From NCBI GenBank assembly GCA_964016885.1, contig OZ024743.1:262942001-263006000 (forward strand): a stretch of 64,000 nucleotides of DNA, written 5' to 3'. Positions within the stretch are counted from its first letter, which is position 1, and every line of letters starts with the position of its first letter. Both the position numbers and the translations under genes were made by a program. This stretch comes from Eledone cirrhosa (taxonomy: Eukaryota). Positions 63,686 through 64,000 of this stretch are shown here, piece after piece. The notes below the pieces were generated by a model that saw only the letters and a program-made list of their open reading frames with translations, did not search any database and had not been told where the DNA came from.

Positions 63686-64000
63686 AAAGGGGGTAGTTTG
63701 ACAGAATTGGTAGAGTAGGGGATAAAATACTTTCACTCTTCAGTATTTATATTATATATACTATTATATTTTCGCAGTAAAGGCTTTTTCTGACATAATG
63801 TCTCACATAATATTGAATCTGCGAGATTTTGATATTATTTATTTTGAGAATAATACCTTAACATAAGTATGAGAGGCCGGTTACAGCTGGTTTGAACAGA
63901 AAGAGGTGAGAGAATTCTGGTCAGATACAGCCGGTTTAAAGGCTAAAGGGTTAATGGTTGTAGTTTGACAGACTTGGTAGTATAGTGGATAAAATACTTT

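Overview
AT-rich eukaryotic (animal) genomic DNA. The repeat landscape (RTE LINEs with (GAT)n tails, tRNA-SINEs, Penelope elements, (TA)n arrays) suggests a mollusc, probably a cephalopod or octopod; this is inference. Most ORF-track entries are noise or transposon debris. The real gene is the 3' part of a + strand OST3/OST6-family gene (TUSC3/MAGT1-like oligosaccharyltransferase subunit). Its exons are 6493-6550, 10273-10413, 12468-12557, 32648-32711, 49812-49886, 52473-52563 and 60288-60303 (stop), and they join in frame. The 5' exons are upstream of the window. Main finding: a second, paralogous 64-nt exon at 37140-37203. Both 64-nt exons have a major-spliceosome (U2) acceptor and a minor-spliceosome (U12) donor, and they share one U12 branch point and acceptor at 49794-49811. 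Spliceosome incompatibility plus reading frame would therefore force exactly one of the two into the mRNA. The introns also hold a complete sense-strand type I hammerhead ribozyme with a compensatory U3-A8 core, several decayed hammerhead relics, long foldback hairpins (two nucleated on LINE 3' ends), RTE LINEs with a PHD-type finger inside the RT region, R4-like, Penelope-like and piggyBac relics, many SINEs/MITEs and micro/minisatellites. Exon numbers follow my recollection of human TUSC3 and need checking. All coordinates were counted by eye; repeat boundaries are approximate.
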